DNA of 63,465 nucleotides, filler included, from Basidioascus undulatus (Eukaryota), in the NCBI GenBank assembly GCA_000826855.1. It is 12 parts of 12 records of this genome, joined end to end, with 100 filler letters (N's around TTAATTAATTAA, not from the genome) between each part and the next. Parts side by side here need not be neighbours in the genome. Positions count along the whole stretch, not along the records: positions 20,528 to 25,554 come from JTLS01002024.1; positions 25,655 to 30,680 come from JTLS01002025.1; positions 30,781 to 35,804 come from JTLS01002026.1; 9 more parts are not named here. One strand, 5' to 3'. Positions 23,965 through 35,804 of this stretch are shown one piece after another (the first letter of the stretch is position 1; each line of letters opens with the position of its first letter). Both the position numbers and the translations under genes were made by a program. The notes below the pieces were generated by a model that was not told where the DNA came from, ran no database searches, and was given only the letters and a program-made list of their open reading frames with translations.

Positions 23965-24780
23965 ATGCCTTCCCAGACTGTGACTATGCATCCCATCTCC
24001 GTCATCCCCGCCCGGCCCCCCATGTCGCACACCACCCATCTCGCCTTCCACCCCCGCCCCACGATGCCGCGCCCGCACAAGCTCTTCCACGCGCAGTCCC
24101 TCGCGGGCGACGTCCCCGACTTCCTTCGCCGGCGCGTCCTCCTCGAGGCCGCGTTCGCCCGCGCCCAGAAGGAGGTGCTCGACGACGTTCGCAGGCGCCG
24201 CGAGGCCGCGTGGCTCGAGCGTCTGTGGAAAGACCTTGAAGAGGAGGGAGATGGCGTGGAGGTAACTCGGATGCGGATGCGAAGTCTGTTGAGGGAGATG
24301 CGGGGTGCTCATGAGATCTTCCTCGGGCAGGTCACCGTGCAAGATGTCGACCCTTCAATGCTGCGCGACGAGGAGGATGACGACGATGACGACCCATCGC
24401 CGGATCTGTATCTCTCTTCGCCCGCGTCGGACTTCTCCACCGCCACCTCAGCACCGCCTCCTCTCGTCCACTCTTCCTCTCCTTACCCACCAACTCATTA
24501 CCCCTCTTCGGACTGCTCCTCCTGCTCCGACCTCTCTTCCGACTGCGACTCCGACTCGGACTCAGACGACGACATGCCCGTGACCCCCCCGCCGCTGCAG
24601 ATGCCCGACACATTCCCGTCCGCCGACTCGGGCGCGGAGGACGATGACGACAACGACCCGACTTGCGCGGCGGACCCGCCATTGTTCGCACCCCGCAAGG
24701 CAAGCTGCCCGCGCACGACGGCGCGCAGCTATGCGCCACTTGGGCATGACGAGTTCGACGCGTTCGCGGGGGCGTGGTGA
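23965..24780 (+). CDS. Intronless hypothetical protein with helical core and acidic/Ser-rich tail
   Basis: 271-aa ORF with strong GC3 bias; core DFLRRRVLLEAAFARAQKEVL...AAWLERLWKDLEEE. Confidence 0.7.
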   Translation: MPSQTVTMHPISVIPARPPMSHTTHLAFHPRPTMPRPHKLFHAQSLAGDVPDFLRRRVLLEAAFARAQKEVLDDVRRRREAAWLERLWKDLEEEGDGVEVTRMRMRSLLREMRGAHEIFLGQVTVQDVDPSMLRDEEDDDDDDPSPDLYLSSPASDFSTATSAPPPLVHSSSPYPPTHYPSSDCSSCSDLSSDCDSDSDSDDDMPVTPPPLQMPDTFPSADSGAEDDDDNDPTCAADPPLFAPRKASCPRTTARSYAPLGHDEFDAFAGAW

Positions 24781-25295
24781 TTCTCCATTTGCTCGTTATT
24801 TTTTTCTCCGTCTGGTCTGTTAGACTTTCGCTTTCGTAGCTCTACTGTCGCTATGTTTTTTTTATTCTCACTCTGGCGGTTAGAGCTCGTTATCCTGCGT
24901 TCTTCTTTTCCTGTTCTCTCGCATCCCGCGTTCCCACTTTCAGTCACAGTTCCCGAGCCGCCCACCGTATCGAGCTTCACGCCACCCCAACCCCATTCCC
25001 GCTGCTGAGTCTCTTCCAAGCTGCCCGTCTATCCATTTCGTTCTGTTGTGTTATCTCATATTGTGTGCATGACTGAATCGTCGGAAGTGGAGCTTGGAAG
25101 TAGGTTGAAGGGTAAGTAGTTTGCAGTGGTCGTGTGCCAATTCGTCCGCGGAAGCGAGGCGGAAGTCCGTCTCTGCCCCTTCCTCCGCGCCTTTCCGCCC
25201 TGTCGGTCTTCTCTCCTCGCCTTCTCCTCTCACTCACATCCTTGCTCATCGTTACCCTCTCCCTTTTGAACTTCTCCTCCCGCGCTTCGCCCACC

Positions 25296-25520
25296 ATGGC
25301 GCCCCTCCTCGCCTCCTCCCTGCTCAGCTCCTTCCTCACTCCCGTCCTCCGCCGCACTCTCGCAACCGCCGCAGCCTCCTCCTCCGCCTCCCCCGCCGCC
25401 GCAGCCGCTGCGCCCTCATGGACTCCCCAATCTAGGCGGACGGGGCTTATTGCTCGAAAGCAGGGCATGACGAACATCTGGGATGAGAACGGCGTGAAGG
25501 TGCCCGTTACTGTTCTTCAG
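25296..25520 (+). CDS. MRPL9: Mitochondrial ribosomal protein uL3m, first exon
   Basis: Arg/Ser/Ala-rich presequence then WTPQSRRTGLIARKQGMTNIWDENGVKVPVTVLQ, donor GTGCGT. Confidence 0.9.
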
Positions 25521-27764
25521 GTGCGTCCGTTCACCGCATGCCTCTCCTTCCCTCNNNNNNNNNNNNNNNNNNNNNNNNNNNNNNNNNNNNNNNNNNNNTT
25601 AATTAATTAANNNNNNNNNNNNNNNNNNNNNNNNNNNNNNNNNNNNNNNNNNNNGAGAGGGGAGAGTGGTGGGGGTGGCGCTGGTGCATGCTCGGTTGGG
25701 GAAGGGGGAAGGGGGACGCTGTATTTACTGTTGTACAAGAAGGCGGTGTGCAGGGGCGGGGGGTTCGAGGTGTCGCTGTGTATGTACGCTGTAATGTATT
25801 TCAGACAATCTAAAGACTGTTGTCCTATCCTTTGTCTACAATCTAAAGGCTGTTGTCCTGTCATTTGTGTAATTAGTTAGTGGATGATCAATGGTAACGG
25901 GGAACGTCGACTTTCTGACGCGCTGTGAATGAGAAACACCAAGGCGACGCAAACGTGCTGGGTAAGCCCGGCACAGCCACAGGTGACAGTTACAAAGCGA
26001 AAGGCTCGAGATCTGTTGGTAGCTCTTGGGCTCTTTCAATTGTGTGTGTGTGTCAGGTAACAGAATGAGTGAGACATGGACGGGTGAACAGCGATGGTGG
26101 CGCTCGCGATACACTCGGCTGTCGGCCCTCACACTGACGTTACATACCCGGGCGGCTTGTAAAGACTACTCACAAACTTTCCGGCCATGTTACAGAAGAA
26201 CTAGCGTACTGTGCAAGGCACCATAGCGAACTCCGTTGCAGAGCTCAGCACCTCCTCGCTTGTGGCATACGCGCCGTGAGGTCAGTCGACCGACAGCTTC
26301 TTAGAGAGGTACTGGGTTCCGCAGGAGCATGTTAGTGGGGCCCAGCATCACGGTCGACTGTTTGAGCTTTGAATGCTCAAAACAATCGGCCGTGGCGGCG
26401 AGTTCCACAACGACAACCCTGCGCAACCTCAATTCCTCCCGAAGAAGCTGTCGATCAACTGGCTGAAGGGCACGTGGTTCAGCCGGGAGCAGGAGGATCA
26501 CGAGCGAGGGCCACGAGCGAGGATCCCGAGCAAGGAAGGGGGGTTATATTCTGGAGAGGGTTCCGAAGGCTGGCTTGAGTGCGGGAGAGAAAGAGGGCCC
26601 GCCCATGGGGACGTGCTTTTATGTGTCCGCCAGGGTTAGGGCTGCTGGCCGGGCCCGGCTTGTCGGCGAAAGATCTTCAGGCCCCGAATCGGATCGTTGT
26701 GTCATATCAAGATGGGACATCCAGATCGGATGATTGAATGGAGTGCCGTCCGTTTGAGGGCAGAGCCGCACCGAGACCGGCCTTTGCGAACAGCGAAGTG
26801 TACAACCGCGCTCTCAGACACTCACCCCCCCAGCCCTCTGGACCCCACGAGCGAATAAATAACCATTCGGTTTGACACCGGTACTCTCAAAATGAATCTC
26901 GCATAGATCCGTGGGCGTTGCGAAAGGTGGATGGGCCGGAGCGTACAGGGCTGCACGCTACCGCGGTTTCGACCCGGGTCAGTAGCACGATCTTACAGAG
27001 CCAACAGCCTGACGAGTATCAACTCTATAAAACGATTACATTGATCTTGATGAGCAAAGGCCTCTTGGCGTGTCACAAGTGTGTGTAGGCCAGCGGAGCG
27101 ATGCGGGGATCGTCAGCTGCAAAACGCATGCGAGCTTGAGTCAGGATCGGTGTAGCAGCTTGTTAAGAGACTTTTGGTAAACTTTTATAAACCCCGAAGG
27201 GCAAGCTGTCAAACAAAGCTCGTGAACGAGAGGGAATTAGTGCTTGCGATTCTGAGCGTACCGATAATGGCCTCCGCCTTCAAATTTTCGTCAGAGGTGA
27301 AATATGGACTGCAAGCGGGCAACCATGTCCAGCCAGTTACTCAATCTTAATTTCCTTGATGTAGGACGTGTGTGCCGTAGAGGATGGAAGCTCGCATAAT
27401 CATCTGCGACCAGACTTACGACGGAAAGACGCTCCCGCATCTGGCACAGCTACAATGAAAGGCTGGCCCGTCCCGTTAGTGCCCATCCACTATCTCAGCA
27501 TAGATTAATTGAATGTGTGCAAATTTCCCGGCATGCACAGATTTGCCACAGATGGGCGAGCTACACTAGTGCTGCACTGCTGCCTGCAGTTTGACCTCGT
27601 TCCTGACTTTCTGAAGCGCTGGCCCCCCTAAAAGCGTGGTTTTATATAACGCTATCATTGGATAAGATAATTTGAGAGTGTTAAGTACCGTGCTGTTGCT
27701 GAATGAGAAGCATTGTGATACTTGAAAAGAGTAAAGAGTAATCCTTTCACACAAGGAATCTTAA

Positions 27765-27848
27765 GGGCGTATGGTGTAGTGGCTTATCACGCCTTCTTAG
27801 CATTTCGCTGAGTGGAGGAGGTCTCCGGTTCAATTCCGGATATGTCCA
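27765..27848 (+). tRNA. tRNA-Ala(AGC) with 10-nt intron after position 37
   Basis: Acceptor GGGCGTA/TATGTCC with G3:U70; anticodon arm CCTTC-TTAGCA[TTTCGCTGAG]T-GGAGG; T arm CCGGTTCAATTCCGG; T-runs downstream. Confidence 0.93.
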
Positions 27849-29184
27849 TAGCTTTTGCTTTTCTTCCTTGCCATCTTTGCTCATCATTGGTGCGTGTTCT
27901 TACTCGAACTGTCCCTTTATCCTTAGCCCCTCCCCCTTGATTTTCGCTCGGCTGAAGAAACACGCTTCCTCGCAGGTGGGCGAGGTTTGGGGTTTGAAGG
28001 TGGGCAAAGGCTGGGCCGAGGTTCAGATGGTCACGATGGTAGGAAGGGGATTTCACTAGAGCTCTTTCTACTTCTGTGTCTCTGACTTGGGGAGTTATGC
28101 TGGGACGGGACAGAACCAAGCTTCGAGTCCAGTTTACGAAAGACGGCTACGCGCCACACTCCATCTCTATGCGGTTCTGAATTGGTATCTGAGCAGAGCT
28201 TAGGGAATATTCCATTCCTAGCCATTTCAAGGAGATCTAGTAAACGTGCTGCCCTGCCAAAGGTGCTGAAGACATACCTACTGCACCCGATCCGAACTCA
28301 CCCTTACGCTGCCGCTCAAACCTGTTCTGAGGGAAAAAACCCACACAGGACTACCTAGTACAAGATTGGATAAATAGCTCCTGATGTCGGCTGTGGGCTT
28401 CATTTGCGGCTTTTCAGTCAGTGAAACAGGCGCGGGACAAAGTTTCAACCTACCCGACACAGACGGTTGAGAAGGTCCGCTGAATTAACCTCGATGCACC
28501 GCATGTTCACCTAACGTATGTATCCGCAACCGTGCAAATTGTATATATGAAGAGACTTCCTTGTGCGCATGGATTTTGTTCAGTCGGAGTCAGAACGGCA
28601 GAAGAAGGCGCACGCACAAAATTTTCACACCTCCGCCTGGCACCCCTCCACTAGCTCCTCCTCTTCAAACTATTTCCTCTTCATTCTTTTTCACTCCCAG
28701 TCTTCCTTCCAAACAAACAAACCAATTTCAACATTCCCACAACCCTCCTCCCACCGACCCCTCCCTCCCGCTTCAACCGACCACCACCGAACCCGATCAC
28801 AATCAGCGCCGGCCCATCAGCGCGCATCAAGATAGCAGCGTCATGTTCACCCCCCGCCTACCCCTGTGCCATCCGGCTCGCGTTGCACCACCCGGTCCAC
28901 CCCCTGGGACTGACGATATTGCCGATGTTGTCGATGTCTTGGACCGGTATATGAGGAGGTTTTTTTTTGGGAGGAGGGTGGTCTCTCTTAGTCCATCTCA
29001 TCGCTCGCGGCTCGTTGTCCTCTCTCGCCTACAGGGGTTCCGCTCTCTCTCGGGTTGAAGTGCTGGGAGCATGTTGGCGTATAGTTAGGTGAGTGGTGCA
29101 TATCTGTTAGCAAATCGGGGGGTGAACAGCTTGTCTTCTTCCGGATGAGAAGATAGAGGTGGGGGAGCGAGCACCAGCTGAAAA

Positions 29185-29287
29185 GTTGCAATGATGGACA
29201 ACTCAATTTTGCCTATGAAGTCTTCGGGCCTGAATGAACTCATATGTTCTTCCCTTCTACATTTTCTTTTGCCTGATCTTTTGCAAC
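29185..29287 (+). ncRNA. Intronic box C/D snoRNA candidate, copy 1
   Basis: C-like ATGATGG 29191, D box CTGA 29273, terminal stem GTTGCAA/TTGCAAC; inside intron 29089(GTGAGT)-29361(CAG) with CTGAC branch point. Confidence 0.7.
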
Positions 29288-29430
29288 CTCTCCTCTCTCA
29301 CCCACCCAAGCACTCGAGTTTCTCATGCTGACGATCTCGTGCTTGACTGGCGTTCATCCAGGTTCCGACCGCTTGTGGTCGAGGAATGGTAGATGGTGAG
29401 TTCTAGTCTTTTAAAGGCGGATAGAAGCGT

Positions 29431-29549
29431 GTGCGCACGGCTGTGATGGACAAAGAATTTTTGCCGAATATGACGAGGGCCGAGTGTCCAGATCGTGAAA
29501 TGGCAAACTTCCTTCCCTTCTACATTTACTCCTGAAGCTTCGCCCGCAC
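29431..29549 (+). ncRNA. Intronic box C/D snoRNA candidate, copy 2
   Basis: C-like GTGATGG 29443, D box CTGA 29532, flanks GTGCG/CGCAC; shares TGATGGACAA, TTTTGCC and CTTCCCTTCTACATTT with copy 1; inside intron 29396(GTGAGT) to ~29620. Confidence 0.7.
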
Positions 29550-30780
29550 TTCATCGTTTTTTAAGTGGGAGGTTTGGGGGATAAAATGCTGACGCAGAGC
29601 GTGGGGTGATTGATGGGCAGACAGGTAGGCGGGCTTGTCGGAAGCCGAGAGAAGGTAAGACGGTCTTTAATATTTTCTGTTGGGGCGATGGGGAGTAGGC
29701 CGATGGACGGAAGGGCGGAAGGAAGAATACAGTAATTGTAGTATTGCGAGGAAGGATGGGATTCGTCTTTGCTTAGAACCACTCTTGTGTGGAAAATAGC
29801 TTTGAGGTAGCGATAGCACTTCGATAGCCTATGGAGATGATCATTGGGACCAAGTGAACGTCGTCTCGACTGAAAAGCTCGGCTGGGCGGAGCTGCTGTG
29901 TCCCCGCATCGCATAGAGAAGTTATACTTGCTATTCCTCAACTGCGACCAACAAAACAGCCACAAGCGTTCCATTCGGCCTCAAACGCCCCTCTTATAGC
30001 TCCCATAGCGTCCCGTCGACGGTGCGATCAACGAAACATTCATACTGGGTAGTCTCCACGACGGCTACTTTGGGACGGAACACCCTAGGTACCCCCTTCG
30101 GCGCCATGACCGGTCGCGGAGTCTCTGGTGTAAGCCAGCGGGTGCGAAGGCACGCCGACCTGTTCTATGATGAGGACGTGGATCTCAAGGAAGAGATGCG
30201 GGACGATCATTTGCGTCCAAGTATGAGGGTAGAGCGAGGTCGATCGGGCGAGCAGAAGCAGCTTTCCTGGAAAAAGAACGCGAGCGATGGTGATACGCGG
30301 CAGAGAAGCGGAAGATTGTTTCTGTTTCCATAGACATGGGGTGCAATACGTGCAGGAAACCCTTCGCCTCTTTCGAACTTCTTTCGCCGATAGTTGTTGT
30401 AGCGTAAAGATGCTGAGATGCTCGCAAAGTCACGAGCGGGCACTGCTTGTTTGCCAACTCTCTTGCCCGCTCACTTATCGTCGAGGAGCAAATGAATTCC
30501 CACAGGTGTAACCCTAAGCCAAACACGAGGAGATGAGGGAGGGAAGGGAGCGAGCTGCCCCGCCCACCGGCAACCGGCCTTGCTCATCCCACAAACGTCT
30601 TCGAATCTACCCGCGATAGCGTCCGTGAGTCTCCCATCCGTCCCCAGCCTCTCTTTTACACCGCCGCCCTCGCAGCGCTCNNNNNNNNNNNNNNNNNNNN
30701 NNNNNNNNNNNNNNNNNNNNNNNNTTAATTAATTAANNNNNNNNNNNNNNNNNNNNNNNNNNNNNNNNNNNNNNNNNNNN

Positions 30781-31800
30781 AGGCAGGGAGGGGGAAGGCA
30801 GGGATGGGGAGGAAGGGAGAGGGAGGGACACACGAGCTCGGCGAGCTTGCGCATTGTGAGCGCGATGGATGGGGAGGTCGCTACGTGCTGGATAATCAGG
30901 TCGTCTTCTTCTTGCGAGTATGGGATGCGGCTGCACGGTCGGTGGTCTGAGCCGAAAGACAAGGGTCGAGGTGGAAGAAAAAGGGAAGAGGTAGGACGGG
31001 AGGGCAGCGGGAACGGTGAAGAGCACTCACACGCCGCCCACCGTCCGCTTCGGACTCGTTGAGCTCGAGGCACTCCCCGCGAGCGACACGCGCTTCCCCT
31101 TCTGCGTCCCGGGCGGGGCCGCACCGACCCTCCAGTCCTTCGTGGGCACCCTCCGTCCCTGGCTCACGCACTCGGCGACATACCCAAACGCCACGCACGG
31201 CACGCCAAGCCCCTGCGCCTGTGCGGCGATCTCCTCAGCCGCGGGCGCGTGGTGGCGACGGTCGAGGAGCGCGAGCTCCGCCTGCGCGAGGTCGGGCGTC
31301 AGCGCGCCGCCGTGCGCGCGCAGGGTCCGCACCAGGTCCATCCGGTTCCGCCCGTCCAGCTGCACGTAGAGCTTCTGCGCTACGCCGGGCGAGGACTGAA
31401 AGAGCAGCCACGGGGGGGCAGCGGGGGGCACGAGCGTCACGGAGTCGGAGCCTGATTTGGGGGGGTGGGAGGAACGGGAGTGGAGGATGTGGTAGCGGTG
31501 GAGGAATGCCGCAGGAATGCTGGTGAGGTGGAAATGGAATGTGGAATACGGTGTCAGTGCGCGAGACAAAGGAGAGAGAGAAGACCGGGCTGTTTGCACG
31601 CACGCAGGGCTTTTCGGGGCCTGAGCTCCCTGGCCAGCGAGCGCGAGCACCACATCGACGCCATCGGACCTTTCCTCTAGACTATACGCGATTCCGGACG
31701 GGCGAGCGGGGCGCAGGAGGGAGACACTCCTCGGACAGAGCGAGAGCGAGAAGACGCAGCAGCAGAGGCCAAGGGGCAAAACGGCTGTCGCGCGAGCCAT
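30781..31800 (-). CDS. BRCT + Myb-like protein (Rap1-like), 5' part; start uncertain
   Basis: LVRTLRAHGG...VPCVAFGYVAECVSQGRRV (BRCT-like) followed by RIPYSQEEDDLIIQHV (Myb helix 1). Confidence 0.6.
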
Positions 31801-31959
31801 CTACTCTTTTCCCGAAAGGCATTTCCAAGGACAATCCTTGGTTCTACCTTAATCATCCGCGGTTCAGCCTCGTCCACCACCTAGACTCACTTCCCGACCT
31901 GCCTCTTGCTCGCGACCGTACTTTATTGTCCTCTCCGACTTCGTTAGACAGCACAGCGA

Positions 31960-34034
31960 ATGGCACAGTACCATAAACAGCACGCGCCCGCGCCCGCGCC
32001 GCCCGCGACACCTCAGCTCGCGCCCCAGCAGGCCCAGCAGGAGGCTCTCAGCGTCGTACTCGCGACCGCAGGGTACGACCACACCGTGCGCTTCTGGGAG
32101 GCGTGGAGCGGGATATGTTCGAGAACTATTCAGCATCCTGATTCGGTGCGTGCAAGGTCCTCTGATGATCCGAAGCTACGGGGCAGGGGATGGAGAGGAC
32201 AGCTCGAAGTTGCTCCCCTCTGTGCGGAGAACCCTACCCTCCATTCGATCGATCATACGACTTTCGATTTCACTTTCAAACATCAAACTTGGAACTCGTC
32301 AAGTTCATCACTTACTGACGCTACTGAGCCTGGCATTTTTCGTACGCGCTCACAGCAAGTAAACCGCCTATGCATCTCACCCGACAAGCGCTACCTCGCC
32401 GCGGCGGGCAACAACTCTGTAAAGCTGTACGACATCAACAGCATGAACCCCAATCCTGTACGTCTCCTCCAAATCCCCCAACCCAACCCCCACTACCCCT
32501 TCCTCCTCTCCTCTCCTCTCTCCCTTCCCCCTTCGCCCTCTCTCCGTTCCCGCTCCCGTCCCATCCCCCTGCCTCAACAACCTACATTCCTACTTCCATT
32601 CTGCTACCACGTCCCCGCCCGCCTACGGCGTTCTAACTGACCCCTTCTCCCTTAGATCCAAACCTTCTCATCCCACACCGCAAATGTCACCGCCGTCGTA
32701 TTCCAAACCGAGGGAAAGTGGGTCGCGACCGGCTCTGAAGACGGGACGGTCAAGATCTGGGATACGCGGTTCGTCCTCTCTCCTCCCTCCTCCCCCTCCC
32801 CTGTACCCCTTCGCCTATCTCCATCCTCCATCCTCCTTCCCCCTCCTCATTTTCCCTCCTGCCTTTCTCTTTCTGGGGTTCAGCTGAACGCTAACTGAAC
32901 GGCACGCGGTTCAGGTCATCGACCGTCCAGCGCGCATACGACCACACCTCGCCCGTGAATGATGTGATCATCCACCCGAACCAGGGCGAGATCGTCTCGT
33001 GCGACCAGGCGGGTAGTGTGAAGGTGTGGGACCTGGGGGAGAACACGTGCAGCCATGAACTGGTGCGTCCCCTTTCCCTGTCCCCTTCCTTCCCGAGTGA
33101 GAGGGACTTGAGCTGAAGCTGGTTGTGGGGGGGTGCGCGGTGCGGGGATGAAGGTTCCGGAGGAGGACACGCCGATTCGGAGCGTGACGATCGCGAGTGA
33201 TGGGAGCAGCTTGGTTGCGGGGAACAACAAGGCGCGTCTTACTCTCCTCTTCCGGTCCCTCGTCCTCCGCCTGCTGATTCTCTGGAGAGGCTGATTATTG
33301 TGGATGGCGGGACCAGGGCAACTGCTTCGTGTGGAAGATCCGCGCAGAGGCGGACACGTCCGAGTTCACGCCGATCACGAAGCTGCCCGCGCACGGGAAG
33401 TACATCACGCGCTGCGTGCTGTCGCCTGATACGAAGTGCATGCTTTCTCCTCCCTTCTCCTCCCTTTCCCCCTTCTCCGTCTCCCCTCTCTTCTACCTAC
33501 ATCTTCCTTTCTCCCTTTCTTCCCCTCAGCCCTGTAAAACGAAACGGAGAGAGGAGGTAGCTGACCTGATGATGCGCAGGTACCTCGCGACCTGCTCGGC
33601 AGACACGACGGTCAAGATCTGGTCTACGCACAACTACGAGTTCCGGCTCGAGAAGATCCTCGCGGGGCACCAGCGCTGGGTGTGGGACGCCGCGTTCTCG
33701 GCAGACTCGGCGTACTTGGTTACTGGTGTGTCCTCCCTCCCCTCTTCTTGTTTCGCTCCTCTTCGACGCTTGGCGGTTTGAAGAGGGAGAAGCTGATGTG
33801 TCGGGGTGGTGCAACAGCCTCCTCAGACCACTCTGCAAGACTCTGGGAGCTCAGCTCAGGCGAGACGGTGCGGCAGTACAACGGCCATCACAAGGCTGCG
33901 GTGTGCGTCGCGCTGAACGATATCGTCCGTGATCTCCCTCACCTCTCCCTCTTCCTCTTCTTCTTTCTCTTGTGTTCTCTTTTCCGTTCGGACGCTGAGT
34001 GCGGTGGGCGGGGCGATAGAACTTCGCTTCTTGA
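31960..34034 (+). CDS. LST8: TOR complex subunit LST8 (WD40), 9 exons, one GC-AG intron (donor 33232)
   Basis: [107 protein letters not shown]. Confidence 0.97.
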
Positions 34035-35189
34035 TGAGGAACGCGACATTTGTAGAATGAGATTGATGTACTTGTATGACATGCAGGATACCCCCATCAC
34101 CCCACCTATTTTGATATGTGCGCTTGATGGTCGATGGTTCGCGGGTTCGGTCCGTCGGCACTTGACCTGGGCCTGGGCACGGTTGCCACGTTCTTGATAT
34201 GGAGAGTGTTTATCGTGCGCTGCGCAGTGGTGGAGTGGCCGGGTGGGGGAGATTGAGGGACGGAGCGGTTGCCGTTCGCTGTGGCGGGCTGGCGGCCGAG
34301 AACGACGATGAGGAGGCTGTGATGCCGCGTTTGGTGTGATGTGTTCAAACCAAGGAGAGCGCGGTTTTTTTCGGGTAATGTAGCGTGTTCGGCAGTTGGC
34401 TATGAATAATTGAAGGTCAGAGGAGGTTCGGGGGAACTGCGCACACTGCATGCTTGCTGCATTGCACGCTCGCGGCGCGCGGCTAGCGGCCTGGGTTCAT
34501 CCTAGCCAGTCGGTGTTTTTGGTACCTCGCTCTCACTTTCGCCGTCTTTCGGCGCATAGGACATTCAGGTTCAGAGAGGGTCGGATCCTCGGAGCAGTGC
34601 GCAGTCCAACGTAGCCCACTTGCTTGGTAGGCCCAGGAAGGCCGAGGCCCGTAATGAGTAGGCTGTGCTGTTAATTCTTGGTAATCTTCTGGGTATCCAC
34701 CATGAAGCTCTGCTCATCGAGCAGTGCAGCACGTTCGGCATCGAAGAGAGGAGGTGTGACGCCGCAGCTGGGTTCTGGCAGATATCTAGACTGCCATGTA
34801 TTGTCAAGCTGCACCAAGCCAAAGAGAGCAATAGCCTTCATTTTACTGTTCGGTAGTATGCGCATTTGTTTGAGGAGGCCTGAACGCGACTTGAAAAAAA
34901 AGGCGAGTGCCAACCGTCGACGCGCTTGCGTGATTCTTGTGTTTCATCTTGACGCTACACCTCCGCGTCTCCGCCTTCGCTCGCTTGTCCGTCTGCAGCA
35001 GGCCGACGGCTGGCGTGGCTGGCGACACGCGTACCTTACACTAATACCAGTCCACTAGAACTTGCACATCGACCTCTGCTTCTGCTCCACCGTCGCCCAC
35101 GAGCTCCTTTCCACCACCGCGAGCAGCGAGAACAAGAACAAAGAAGACGGACGATAGACGACCGACGACGACGATACGCGCATGACGAG

Positions 35190-35804
35190 ATGAACGTGCC
35201 GACGATGATGGACTATGCTCCTGCGCCTGATCGACGGGGCGCAGGCGCACAGGGGAACGCAGAGGGAGAAGAGGACGAGATGATGGAGGACCTCACGTTT
35301 ACCGCGGGGAGCTTGACGAGGGGCGGGAGTGTCGGAGGGAGGAAGAGTCCGGCAAAGAGTCGGAGGAGGGACAGAGGTGAGTGCGCTGGCTGCTTTAGCG
35401 GGACGAGGGAGAGTGGCAGGGCGGACGGGGCATCCGGGAGAGTGCGCAGTGATGGTGCTTGAGGACGAGCTCTGACGGTGAGATGCTGGGCTGGGGTGGA
35501 TGCGGGTTGTGCAGGCGGCCGGACGTCGGACGAGCGAGAACACTGGGTGCGTCCTTTCTCCCCTCTTCCCCTCTTCCACACTCGCTCACACGAATGCCCA
35601 CAGGACGACTTCTTCGAATGGCAAGACGACTCTCCCCCTCCCTCTCCGCCCCTGCACGCGCGCCCCACCGCCTCGGGCGCAGCCATCCGCGCCCGCCGCT
35701 CCGCGACGCCCTCAAGCTTCTCGGACGCGACGTCCAACTGGGACGACGGCGTTGAGTGGATGGACTCCCCCGTCAACGGCAGCGGCGGCGGCGGGGGCGG
35801 CGCG
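35190..35804 (+). CDS. Hypothetical acidic/disordered protein, 5' exons (EHWDDFF and NWDD motifs, weakly Byr4/Bfa1-like)
   Basis: Three in-frame exons with canonical splice signals; truncated by gap; family resemblance weak. Confidence 0.45.

Noticed and set aside
25805..25862. Two 25-nt direct repeats (ACAATCTAAAGRCTGTTGTCCTRTC)
   Set aside because: Only two copies with an 8-nt spacer in eukaryotic DNA; a simple local duplication, not CRISPR-like.
26640..27560. ORF-free stretch with a B-box-like GGTCGAAACC on the minus strand
   Set aside because: No cloverleaf, A box or terminator arrangement found.
32146..32354. Long LST8 intron 1 with TGATGA and a GTCCTCT/AGAGGAC stem, as a possible snoRNA
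   Set aside because: The only CTGA motifs coincide with branch-point candidates; no convincing H/ACA boxes or guide.
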